A stretch of DNA of 64,000 bases from Leucoraja ocellata (taxonomy: Eukaryota). The first letter of the stretch is position 1. Every line of letters begins with the position of its first letter. The position numbers and the translations under genes are program-made. The stretch lies in assembly GCA_036785375.1 (NCBI GenBank), contig JAWMAR010000344.1:124001-188000 (forward strand), written 5' to 3'. Below are positions 34,599 to 46,989 of the stretch, in pieces. The notes beneath the pieces were generated by a model. The model searched no databases. It saw only the letters and a program-made list of their open reading frames with translations, and was not told the DNA's origin.

Positions 34599-37500
34599 CT
34601 GCCTTAAAACAGGAAAACAAATTGCCTTAAAATTACCCACCATAGCTTTTCGCAATGTGATGGAATTTTGGAAATGTTTGTCCTGCAAACGCTTGCCATT
34701 ATATCATATGCACTACATATGGTTTACAGAGGGTTAGGATTGGGCTGGAGTGAAAAGGAAGCAGTTTTATAGCCTAACAACTGTATATTGGAAAATTCTG
34801 CATGTATTTTGTGGTGAACTTTTATTTTTGTGTACTGTGACACCAGTTTTGATTTTATGCATGTATTCTAATGAGAAGTTTACAGTGTATATCAGAAAAG
34901 GGAAAATTGTGCCTTTTTTAAGCTTTTTAAGTAATGTAGCCAATTTGGACAGTTTACTCTATTGTTAATGCAGGAGAACTGGTAACATGCTTAGTATTTT
35001 CTTTAACTGTATGTTTTTTTATATATAAGTGGAATTTGAGCCTGATGAAGTTTTACTTTATAACCATCATTGAATTCTGTGTTGTACAAGTAAACTTGGC
35101 CATTGCTCTAATGTAAATGTGTAAAAATTGATCATTTTGTAAAATACTGATCAACGGTCTGGTATTTGAACTACCTAAAAAAAAATCTGCTGTTTGATTT
35201 GAGAGGGCAAACATATTTCTGGAAATGATTTGACTCGTCGAGTGTGGATAATGTGTGCCACGCTCTATGGAAAAAGAGTTTGTGATACATTACTTATAGG
35301 AATTTACCGTGGCCATATTTGACAATGTGTCAATTAATTGCCTTTGGCAATGTGATATTTTAGAACTTTATTTTGTTCAGTTCCAGTGCTTGTTGGTTCA
35401 TCAATGCTGATAGATTTATGTTTATGCTCCATAATGGGGCCAACATGGCTTCTGTGATTAGCTCCAGGATATTAATTAGGAAAATCCCCTTTTAGTTTCT
35501 GTGGGGATGACGCATTCCTTAATGTAAGCATCTTATTGCATTTAAAGAGGCATTAGAGTAGAACTGATTCTGGCGATTAAACAAAGTTTAGATTTTTTAA
35601 CAGTTGGGTAGATTGCAGTTACATTATGTAGTCAGTAAATTTCCAGTTGATCTGTCAGTCGTGTTTTTGATTCTGTTTGGTGTACAGTTGGAATATTTGG
35701 AGACTATACCACCATAATGCAGGGAAATTTAGTTTTCTACTCATGATCGTTGTTCCTCAGATAGGATGATAATTCAAGATATTGTAATTATTATAGCAGT
35801 TAAGTTTGCAGACTTGGTGAAATTGTGAGGAACTGCCTTTGGGGAAAGCAACCAGAGAGTGGAAAATGCTGAAATAAATGCCCCCTCTTATTTGTAAACT
35901 ACTGTTCTCTGCTCTGTCCTAGAATTTACTACAACAATCAGCTGTGGTGCTTTAACATCAAACGTGGTTCAGCCAAAATAATTTAAATCTGTTTCTTGCT
36001 GTTTTCATCAATATCTTGTATACCAATTCTATTGGTTGATTTGACCAAGAGCTCAAACTGCAGCCAACCAAAACAGAATGTTGAAATTGTGTGTTAAATT
36101 GATTTGGACCTGTTTAGGTCATCATTTGCAATTGCAGCAAAACTGGCCATAAAACCCTTAAAGCTGTTTGATTCCTGTGATACAGTGGTGATCGGCCTGG
36201 AAAATTGGCATGAGAGGTTGAAAGTAGGAGATAGGGTGGTGATGTGTGTTGTTGGACATCATTTCCACAATTACAACAGAATTCTACATTGCTGTTTGCC
36301 AGCAATAATGTAGCCACAATTCATTTTGGTGAGTATGCCCAACTAGCAGATGTATGAATTTTACATTTGTGGTGTAACAAAGTGGTATCTTTGGGTGAGG
36401 AGGAATTAAAAAAATATCAATCCTGCATATTAGCACAATATATTTAGCAAAAGATAATTAAAAGTAAAAGTTTCACTGCATTCTAATGCCACAAATTTAA
36501 GCTTTTAAATTATTTTTTTCCCTGAACCATTGCTCTTTAACAATTGGGCATGGTGGTGCAGCGGTAGAATTGCTGCTTTATAACACCAGAGACGCAGGTT
36601 CAATCCTGACTACGAGTGTTGTCTATATGCACGTTTGTACGTTCTCCCCGTGACCTGCGTGGGTTTTCTCCGAGATCTTCAGTTTCCTCCCACACTCCAA
36701 AGACGTACGGGTTTGTAGGTTGATTGGATTGGTATAAATGTAAATTGCCCCTAATGTGTAGGATAATGTTAATGTGCGGGGATCGGTGGGCCGAACAGCC
36801 TGTTTCCACGCTGTATCTCTAAAAACTAAAACTAAAAATGTCTGATCACCAGTCACCCATATTTGCAGAAACCTGCTGCATTAATAGCCTCTGTGTAATC
36901 ATGAATTGGGCCTGGTGCTGTGGAAGTCCCATTCTGTAAGTAGCCCTTGCTATTAAACAAGAGGAAAGAGATGTTTGTTTATTTGGGTTTTCTGCTATTG
37001 AGCGACTCAGTGGTGCTGACCTGGTTTTCTGTGACTTGAAGAGTCCAGTAAAAATGAATAGAGTATTTATAGTTCATAGCTGGGATGAAAGTGTTATTTA
37101 AGATGGATGTATGGGCTACTGTTTGGCTAGTCCTTTTCGAGGATTTTATATATTATGGACAATTAGAAAAATTGGATCCCATGATTATAGTACCAAAAAC
37201 ATTTTTTTCTTTTAATATCTGATTGTACTTTTATTAGGAGAGAAATATGGCTACAGTTTTTCCGTGTAGTTTGTGACTCGTGATTTTAACCATTTTACCT
37301 ATACTGCAGGCAAAGACCTGATTTAAATTGTTTTGCATGCTGGTGCAAAGTTGCTGACAATTCGTAGTTTTCTTCTCATAAGATTTGACACCAACTCTGC
37401 GTCGTACCTGCCAAGATGCAGAATAAACCGGGTAATTACATACTTAAAGCCCAGCTGTTTTTAATCAAGGTTTTTCTCTGCAAAAAGGTGCTTTATCAAC

Positions 37501-38420
37501 AAAAAAAATTCTATTACTTGGGCTGGACCCGTTGAGAGGAGAACAACATGTATATTTTTATTTCTGCCCTCCGCACCTTAGGAAAAACAAGAGAATTATG
37601 TCTACAGCACCAAACAGGTGTGTTTCTATGTTAGCCATCACTCAGCAAAAGCAAAAATATATTCTAACACCAGCCAATTCCAGACAACGCCACTACATCC
37701 CTCTATTGAAATAAGATGAGTAAATATCACAAACATAGTTCTTTTTGTATTCTGTCTTGTGAATACAACCATAACCCTGTCTTTGTATTTAGCTACGCAA
37801 TATATATAGATAACCAAGTAACAAATGCATAGATATATTTTTCAAATTTGAAGCAGATCCTCTAATTATGCAGTTTCTGATGATGTATTATAGGCTGATT
37901 TTAGTTCCATTATCAGTTTAGAAACAATATCTTCGCACATCATACTTTCTTTAACAAGGATAATTGTGGAGGATTTATACGTTGTTATTATGAAGCAAAG
38001 TTGAATGTACCCAGCTTCTCACAGAAACTAAAGCTTTTTGATATTATTTCAGTACATACAGTGCCCTAAAAAAAGATCAAACCATGTGTAACTTAGGTTG
38101 TTGCAGTTCTACATGTAAATGACTAATCTTAAATGATTTGGATTTAATTCAAAGTGAGTGATAAATCAAATGTTTCTGGCCGAGTAGCAAGAAACAACAT
38201 TTGAAAGGAAGTGCATCTGGTGTTAATGAAATGGAAAAAAATATATACAGTATTTTATAACATACTACAATAAAAACATCTTGTGCTTGGATTGACTTGT
38301 GATTGAATTTGAATGAGACCATGGGAAATAATATGAAGACATTTGAAAGGGTTTGAGATTGGTACATGGAGGGAGGAGATAAGAGCTTATAACATTACCT
38401 GGCTTCACAAAATAAAATTA
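34599..38420 (+). other. NR3C1: Probable NR3C1 3'UTR (3' end uncertain)
   Basis: AT-rich, TE-poor sequence after the stop. Begins TGACTGCCTTAA like mammalian GR as recalled. Several AATAAA candidates (~35872, ~37422, ~38269, ~38411); cleavage site cannot be determined from sequence. Confidence 0.5.
36546..36838 (+). mobile_element. HE1-like SINE
   Basis: GGTGCAGCGGTAGAA A-box; GGTTCAATCC B-box; CR1-type tail with (CTAAAA)n. Confidence 0.88.
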
Positions 38421-40497
38421 GTTTTACAAATTGCTAGTTAAGTCTGCTCATTGTCTAATTCTGATATCAACTGGACAGTAATTGTCACAATACAAAAAAA
38501 ACCCAACAAATTATTGATAAAAACAGCACAAGACACAACACTCAAAGGTGTCCTATAGAATGTGCTCTGAGGACGCAGTTACACCTTTCCAATAGTAAAT
38601 AAGTGGAAATGGAGGATGTAAAATGACATTTAAAAAAATGTGCACATCCATGCATGTTTATGGATCAATCTTCTCACAATAGCATTATTAGAAACATAGA
38701 ACGCATATATCACGAAGAATTAAATAAATTAGTCAAATTTTAAAACGCTTAATTCAATTCAGTGAATAAATTTAATACAGCTTATCAATTCAGATCTTGT
38801 TTTTTAAGAAAATGAATAATATAAGTTGTTAAGATGATCTTAGTTTCTATAATCTGCCTAATTGCAATTTTTTGACATAATCAGGTTTACAAGGATATAA
38901 AGTCCTTCAAAAATGGTGCCATTTTGGTAAGATTAATTAAAAATGATTTACCATCATTTAATATTTTCCTAAATTTTAATTCTATAAACATAAAATACGA
39001 ACGCTGTCAGTTCAAATGCTAACAGTGTGCCTTTTACAGGAAAGAAGAACATGAGTCCGTCCACCTTGTAGAGTTTTCAATTCAATATTTTTCAGAATGG
39101 TCTAATTTTGATTGTATAATTTTAATGTCCATGCACTGAGATAATGTAAAGAACAGACAATCAAATGTGGCTCTATTACCTCAAATACATTTATTTGTGT
39201 AGATTATATACAGGATTGTGTTAATAGTTCATTAATGGTGCGCCAGTTTTGAAATATGGAAGTAAAGAATGAACAAATATTACCAATTTCATCATTTGAC
39301 TGGAAAACAATATACTGAATATTATGGAGAGGTTGCTTATCCTCCCATGATCTCTCATCTTCTCAATGTCACACAACCCATTGATAGGATTAAAACCTGT
39401 ATGTGGCTTTCTTTAAAAACTTCTGGATTTATTTGACTTGTGTAAATCCGATGGGCAAGTGTTTTTGTAGAATGTTTTTCCAAGGTCCTGCTTCCCTTTA
39501 TTATGCTTTGAACTGATCTTTGTGGTACGTCTGGAGTCATGTCTCATTTACTAATAGTGTTGCAGATGAAATTTGCATAATTGTGCAGGTGTTATAAAGT
39601 CCAATAATTGTGAATAGCTTTCAACAATGCAGATAATGGACAGAAATTGGATAATAATAAATTTGCTTTTCCACTAACTGCCTACTGTTGTTACTTGGTA
39701 TGGATGCTTTCCTTCCTACAAAATCCTTGATGTTAATTTACAGAAGTTTCAGATGGATTATTAGAATAATAAAACAAAGTACCAATTTGATGATGGAGGA
39801 TTATCAGCAAATGTCTTTAACTTTTCGTTCCTTTTAGTTACCCCCTTCCCTCTTCATCCACTTCTCATCTTACTGTGTCCCAATATCCCTGCTCAAATGT
39901 TTAGCAAAAGCTTAACACTGCAAATATCAAGAAGACAATTTCCATGCAGGGAGAACATGACTCCCGCCCATGTTATAATGCCCACCCACTAATCTACACT
40001 TATCTACAACACTCTTGTTGTATCATGGTTTGTTCAGAATGTTTTAGTGGGCCAAAATACAGAGCTGCCATATAAAGCTGTGATATGATCATCTGGCATG
40101 TTGCCACTATGAGTTATAAATCTGTGAATGATTAGAACGGTAATTCCGTGCCATGAACAAGCTGCCCCTGTAATCGGTAGGACAGCGCTAACTAAGAGTG
40201 AACTTTCAGCAGTGCAGGTGAACTATGTGCATCTTCAGGACAGCAGGAAATTATACTCTACACTCAATGACATTTCATCATAAGAAATGGCGAGATTCAG
40301 AGAGGATTGCACATGTTCTGTTAGCCTATTGCCCAGTCTGGCAGGATATAGTGACCAATACACCACAGGATGACCAAATGAAAGACACAAAAAGCACAAT
40401 CAAGATACAATAATAGAAGGATTGAGGTCCAAGGTAACAAATAATACAGATGTTGGGCCATGGCCCGTGTTAGAAATAACAATCACGGCAATTTAAA

Positions 40498-40690
40498 AGG
40501 ACACATAATGCTGGAGTAACTCAACAGGCCTGGTAACATCTCTAGAGAACATGCATGGATGATATTTCAGGTTGAGACTGATCATAAGTCTGAAGAAGGG
40601 TCCAGACCTGAAACATCACCTATCCCATGTTCTCCAGAGATGCTGCATGACCTGCTGAGTTACTCCAGCTCTTTGTGTCCTTTTGTGTAA
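40498..40690. mobile_element. Inverted-pair Penelope-derived short element
   Basis: GGACACATAATGCTGGAGTAACTCA ... TGAGTTACTCCAGCTCTTTGTGTCC arms around CTGAAGAAGGGTCCAGACCTGAAAC. Confidence 0.75.
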
Positions 40691-40809
40691 ATAAGCATTC
40701 CTTGTTTCATCAATAATTGCAACTATATTGGTTGTCAATGTACATGCAATCTTTTTCTGTGCTTATTAACGATCTTTTCATTGTACGGTCAGACATTGAA
40801 TTGATTTTT

Positions 40810-41530
40810 GATACAATACAATACAATTTATTTGTTGTCATTTGAACCCAGAGGTTCAACAAAATTTGGTTTCTGCAGTCATACACACAAGAAGAAGATC
40901 CAAGACACAACATAATTTACACGAACATCCATCACAGTGAATCTCCTCACCGTGATGGAAGGCAAAGTCTTATCTCTCCCCTGCTCTCCTCATTCTCCTC
41001 CCGATGTCAGAGTCAAAGCCCCCGGCGGGCGATGGAAAGTAAGTCCCGCAGCCATTAAAGCCGTGCCAGGTGATGCAAGACCGTGCTCCGGGTCTTGATG
41101 TTGGAGCCCCCGACGTGCGCTAATAAGTCCCGCGGCCATTTAAAGCCGCGCGATGTAAGGCCCCGCTCCAGGTCATCCTCAACCCCGCAACTTGGACGGG
41201 AGAAGTCGCCGTTGCGGAAGCCCCGAAAAGCGGTCTCCCAGCAGGGACCCGCGGGCTCCCGGTGTCACCGTCCACCGGGCCGGCGGCTGGAGCCCCCGAA
41301 TCTCCTGAGTCGGGCTGCAGCAGCGCACCACCACCGCTCCTCCCGCTCAGAACTCGGCCAGCTCCGCGATGGTGGGTAAGTCCGCAGCTCCGCGACTGGA
41401 GCCCCAGGTCGTTCCGGTTGGAGGCCGCTCCACGGTGCTCGGCCCCAACGACAACGGAGACCCGACAGAAAAGGTTGGGTTCTCCATGCAGGGGAAATAT
41501 TTTAAAAAGTTTCCCCACCCCCACACACAT
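40810..41530 (-). mobile_element. Two-hairpin retroposon family (copy B), GC-rich body
   Basis: Extends copy A; (TATTG)n tail. Confidence 0.75.
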
Positions 41531-42275
41531 ACCCAGTTTAAAAATTGTGGTTGTGAATGTACCCTCCCCCCCTGATTGTGGTTGTCAGGTAAGTTAGTAG
41601 CATTTTGTTCCATTTGGGAATTCCTCCTGGATATATCCCTGCCTAGAATGCATTGTTCATGAAATAAAGGTTTAAAAAACCATTAAACTTTTTATAATTA
41701 TCAATAAAAAAGTGTATCAATAAAGTATGCACAAGGAACTGCAATATAAAGTACAAAGGTTACAAGGGCAAGCATTAGCACTCCTCTGCAAAAACATTAA
41801 TGCTTGAAATTGCAGCAAATTCCAAGTTGTGCTCCATTGCTGGTATCCAGCAGGAGAGGAGCAGCTGGATGAGATTTTCCCCCAACATTTACACTGGGGA
41901 CACTGCTCTGAGATCCTGTGCAAAGTTGATACTGGTGAATGACCCATAAGCCGACAATGACATATAGATGGATAAAGTGATTGGGGATTATGGGAGGTGG
42001 TGGGATCTGGTATGTGAGGTTTAATTTGGAGAAGGGAGAGGCCATTCACTGACAAGAACCAAACGATGGATTATTATCTAAATGGAGAGTAACTGCAAAT
42101 GAATCTGCTGCATGATCACAATAAATGACAGGCAGGTGCAATAAGCAATGAAATGGCAAACAGTATGTTGGCCTTTTGTCTGCATGGAGCTGGAATTTAA
42201 GAATAGGGAGGCTGTGTTAAAGTTATGCAAGATATTAGCAAAGCCGCACCTGGGATATTGTGCAGAAATTTGGTC

Positions 42276-43420
42276 CATATAACCATATAATTACAGCTCG
42301 GAAACAGGCCATCTCGGCCCTACAAGTCCGTGCTGAACAATTATTTTCCATTAGTCCCACCTGCCTGCACTCATACCATAACCCTCCATTCCCTTCTCAT
42401 CCATATGCCTATCCAATTTATTTTTAAATGATACCAACGAACCTGCCTCCACCACTTCCACTGGAAGCTCATTCCACACCGCTACCACTCTCTGAGTAAA
42501 GAAGTTCCCCCTCATGTTACCCCTAAACTTCTGTCCCATTATTCTGAAGTCATGTCCTCTTGTTTGAATCTTCCCTATTCTCAAAGGGCAAAGCTTGTCC
42601 ACATTCACTCTGTCTATCCGTCTCATCATTTTAAAGACCTCTATCAAGTCCTCCCTTAACCTTCTGCGCTCCAGAGAATAAAGACCTAACTTATTCAACC
42701 TTTCTCTGTAACTTAGTTGTTGAAACCCAGGCAACATTCTAGTAAATTGCCTCTGTAGTCTCTCTATTTTGTTGACATCCTTCCTATAATTGGGCGACCA
42801 AAATTGTACACCATACTCCAGATTTGGTCTCACCAATGCCCTGTACAATTTTAACATTACATCCCAGCTTCTATACTCAATGCTCTGATTTATAAAGGCT
42901 AGCATACCAAAAGCTTTCTTTACCACCCTATCTATATGAGATCCCACCTTCAAGGAACTATGCACGGTTATTCCCAGATCCCTCTGTTCAACTGTATTCT
43001 TCAATTCCCTACCATTTACCATGTACGTCCTATTTTGATTTGTCCTGCCAAGGTGTAGCACCTCACATTTATCAGCATTAAACTCCATCTGCCATCTTTC
43101 AGCCCATTCTCCCAAATGGCCTAAATCACTCTGTAGACTTTGGAAATCCTCTTCATTATCCACAACACCCTCTATCTTGGTATTATCTGCATACTTACTA
43201 ATCCAATTTACCACACCATCATCCAGATCATTGATGTACATGACAAACAACAAAGGACCCAACACAGATCCCTGAGGCACCCCACTAGTCACCTGCCTCC
43301 AACCCGACAAACACTAGTCACCTGCCTCCAACCCGACAAATCCACCATTACCCTCTGGCGTCTCCCATTCAGCCACTGTTGAATCCATCTTGCTACTCCT
43401 GCATTTATACCCAACAGTTT
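42276..43420 (-). mobile_element. Young 5'-truncated CR1/HER1-like LINE (same subfamily as 29574-30749)
   Basis: 319-aa ORF nearly identical to the 364-aa ORF; internal ~29-bp tandem duplication at 43283-43340. Confidence 0.94.
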
Positions 43421-43862
43421 TGAATTGAATTGAATTTAATTGAATTCCATTATTGTCATTCAGACCTTACGGTCTGAACAACATTTTGTGCCTGCAGTCA
43501 TACATACAATCATACAATAATAAACAACACTAAACACAAATTAACATCCACCACAGTGTATCCTCCAAGCACCTCCTCACTGTGGTGGAGGCAAAAATCT
43601 TAGGGCTGCAGTCTCTTCCCTCCTCTTCTCCCTCTGCGCTGAGGCGATTCCCCACAGGGCGATGACACAAACAGTCCCGCGGCTCACCGAACCCCGCAAA
43701 CGGGCCGGCTCAAACACCGCGGCCCGGGGTGGTCGAAGCTGCCGCCCCCCATTCCAGCGGACTCAGGTCATAGCCGCCAGAACGCCGTCCCAGCCATTGG
43801 AGCACCGTTCCAGCTCCGATCCGGATCGCCCTCACGGGAGTGCCGTTCCTCCCTCGAGCTGG
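43420..43862 (-). mobile_element. Two-hairpin retroposon family (copy D)
   Basis: (AATTC)n tail; hairpin 43459-78; TCCACCACAGTG..CACTGTGGTGGA stem; GC-rich body. Confidence 0.7.
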
Positions 43863-44452
43863 GCCAGGGGAGCACATGGTCTTGGTGAGACCACACCTGG
43901 AGTATTGCGTACAGTTTTGGTCTCCTAATCTGAGGAAGGACAATCTTGCCATAGAGGGAGTACAGAGAAGGTTCACCAGACTGATTCCTGGGATGTCAGG
44001 ACTTTCATATGAAGAAAGACTGGATAGGCTCGGCTTGTACTCGCTAGAATTTAGAAGATTGAGGGAGGATCTTATAGAAACTTACAAAATTCTTAAGGGG
44101 TTGGACAGGCTAGATGCAGGAAGATTGTTCCCGATGTTGGGGAAGTCCAGAACAAGGGGTCACAGTTTAAGGATAAGGGGGAAATCTTTTAGGACCGAGA
44201 TGAGAAAAACATTTTTTACACAGAGAGTGGTGAATCTCAGGAATTCTCTGTCACAGAACGTAGTTGAGGCCGGTTCATTGGCTATATTTAAGAGGGAGTT
44301 AGATGTGGCCCTTGTGGCTAAAGGGATCAGGGAGTATGGAGAGAAGGCAGGTACAGGATACTGAGTTGGATGATCAGCCATGATCATATTGAATGACGGT
44401 GCAGGCTCGAAGGGCCGAATGGCCTACTCCTGCACCTATTGTCTATGTTTTT
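43863..44452 (+). mobile_element. CR1-like LINE 3' fragment
   Basis: LVRPHLEYCVQFWSP..YGEKAGTGY; very similar to 55368-56015. Confidence 0.92.
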
Positions 44453-44454
44453 GT

Positions 44455-45258
44455 GACAGACTTTGCCTCTAAGATCCTTTGTATGTTCGGGACAACATAT
44501 CTGTGAGCAAGCATTCTCCATAATGAACATTAACAAATCCAAACTGCACTCGCAGCCGACACACAGACATCTAAATGACATTATAAAAATCACAACTGCC
44601 CAGAAACTGGTCTCTGATGTTGACAGGCAGGTTAAAGCCAAGAGATGTCAGGTGTCTGGAAGCAGCAAGTGAAATATGAGTTTCACTGTTCGATGCACTG
44701 CGACATGTAAGCAAAATGCATTATGAAATATTTAGTGTCATAATATTGTGATTCATTCATTTTCTGACGTCTATTATTGTAAATGTGATCACTCCAATAA
44801 AAATCAGATGCTAACTGTGTCCATTGTCTGACTTTGTTGCTGGAAGCAGGCTAATAAAAATTAAGTGCAGTTGCGTAGCCCACATTTACAATTTGTTTTG
44901 GTAGGTCTACATTTGTGTCTGCTAATGTTCGATTTGAAATGGTTTATTAATGGAAAGGATGTGGCTCCTGAAACAATCTTAGCCAAAATAGCTTTGTTTT
45001 TTCTCTCCCTCATCACAACTTTCTTGTAGCCTACGACTGTAGGTTAATACCAATCATAAAAGTAATGCTCGCTAGACAATCTTCTTCATAGGAAACAAAA
45101 TTATTTAAGTGAAACACTTTGTTGTTCTAGCAGAGACTGAGACACATGAGAGCAGGTTGAAAAAACAAAGGCAACGCGCGCACACAACTGATCCAGCCCG
45201 CATGAAGGCGCATTTTGCCCATTCCGGCCCGTGACCTAAAATGAGTCTGACACCCCTG
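44455..45258 (+). mobile_element. hAT (Buster/Charlie/SPIN-like) 3' fragment
   Basis: CEQAFSIMNINKS..HL..KRCQVSG C-terminus. Right TIR ...AAAATGAGTCTGACACCCCTG followed by GGCTAGAC (central TA, Buster-type target). Confidence 0.85.
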
Positions 45259-46286
45259 GGCTAGACAGTTTGGGCCCCTGTATTCCTTAAAGTGTAGCAG
45301 AATTACAGGTGATTTATTCAAACATGTAATATGTCTCAACAGGTGGATGCAGTGATGTTCCCACAAATGGGAGAGTCACAACCAAGGCTACAGAATAAGG
45401 GGTCAGTTATTGAAAACGTGTGCATTGAAATCTCAGGGCAGTGAATCTCTGGAATTCACTTCTGAGGGTGATGGAGGCTCAATCATTAGTTATAATTAAG
45501 ATGCAGATAGATAAATATTTTGAAGGATGAAGGAATAGAGGGTCATGGAGGAGTCTTAGTTATTGGTGGGCAGATTTGAGTGGTTTAGGTTATTTCTCTT
45601 GCTCCTGTTTGGTTTTATAAGCTCATCTATTTAAATGATACTTTGGGGGTTTTTTTCTTAATAATAATTATTTTATTTAATGGATTTGTTTTAAATAATT
45701 ATAAACTTTTTAAACTGTTTTGATAAATGCCAAAGTTAGGGGTAGGATTTTGCCTGTTGTTAAAGGCTTCTGCAATGTTTTGTTGGCACAAGATTATTTA
45801 GCATTGAAAGCCCTCCTGGTGTTAATAGCCACGGGAATTGGCTATAGGCCATCAAAGACATGAAACCGGACTCCTGGATGTGGAAAAGTTATTGTGGTAA
45901 ATGTGAGCAGGGGTAACCTCAGTAACTTCCTCCAGAAAAACATGGTCCATTATATCAGATTCAGAGATATCAATTATGATTATTTACAAGTTTGTAATGC
46001 ATAATATGCAAACATTATTTATTCTCCTTAAACATTTTCGATTGGAAATTGAAAACAGCTGGTAGAGAATCGAACAATATTGATTCACATCCACAGCTTT
46101 CTCAAGACAAAGGAAATTGACAAAACTGTTCGGTGGGGTCTAGACCCTTGTTTTTTTTTAATGGAAATTAGGAGCGAGTTTCCAAATCCCATGGACCCAT
46201 TTAGATTTGTCTCACAAGGTGTACCATATCCTTTGATTCATAGGGTTGCAAGTTCATTGTTCTGCCTTTGGTCTTGAGCACTCTTA

Positions 46287-46502
46287 TGCCCCTGTCCCAC
46301 TTAGGAAACCTGAACTGAAACCTCTGGAGACTTTGTGTCCCACCCAAGGTTTCCTTGCAGTTCCCAGAGGTTTTTCTCAGTCTCCCTACCTGCTTCCACT
46401 ACCTGCAACCACCTCCAACCTCCGGGAACCGCACGGAAACCTTGGGTGGGGCGCAAAGTCTCCAGAGGTTTCCGTTCAGGTTTCCTAAGTGGGACAGGGG
46501 CA
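46287..46502. mobile_element. PIF/Harbinger-like MITE, intact
   Basis: About 68-bp near-perfect TIRs beginning TGCCCCTGTCCCACTTAGG; TSD TTA on both sides. Confidence 0.92.
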
Positions 46503-46584
46503 TTAGATAGCATTGAGGGAGAATCAATGCATATGTTCAAATAATCTCAAAGTTAAATTAATTGGATTTACATGACTAATTTAC

Positions 46585-46812
46585 CATTTCCTGCCACCCC
46601 AGCAACGGACTGTTCCAGCTGCTACCGTCAGGCAAGGGCCTCCGCTGTAACGCTGCGAAAACAGAGAGGATAAGACAGTTACTGTTGTGTCTTTTTTTTT
46701 AAATGCAAATACTGGTTCTGATCTGTTGTTTTGCACAATCCCACAGGCATTGCCACTTTCATTTCACTGCAGATCTTGTATGTGTATGTGACAAATAAAG
46801 TTGACTTAACTT
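46585..46812 (+). mobile_element. Rex1-like LINE 3' fragment
   Basis: Matches 53185-53538 with deletions; AATAAA plus (GACTT)n tail. Confidence 0.8.
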
Positions 46813-46989
46813 GCTGCACAACGGGTTGCCAATTGTCCTAAATGAAAGGGGTTTCATTTATACTCGAACAAAGGGATTTGGTCCCATATGATCACGGCCA
46901 TCATTTTCCCAAATCAGTCCTGACCCAGGAAAGTACAACAGCTGAGATCTCACAGCTGACTGCAAAATAAAAGGAAACTTATAAACTTT

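Noticed and set aside
34402-34737. 111-aa ORF over exon 9
   Set aside because: Wrong frame; the real coding frame is 34443-34598.
37540-37556. GRE-like AGAACAacaTGTATA suggesting autoregulation
   Set aside because: The second half-site lacks the key C; such matches are expected by chance.
41083-41613. GC-rich overlapping ORFs as a small gene or promoter CpG island
   Set aside because: They lie in the body of a repeat also present at 282-657.
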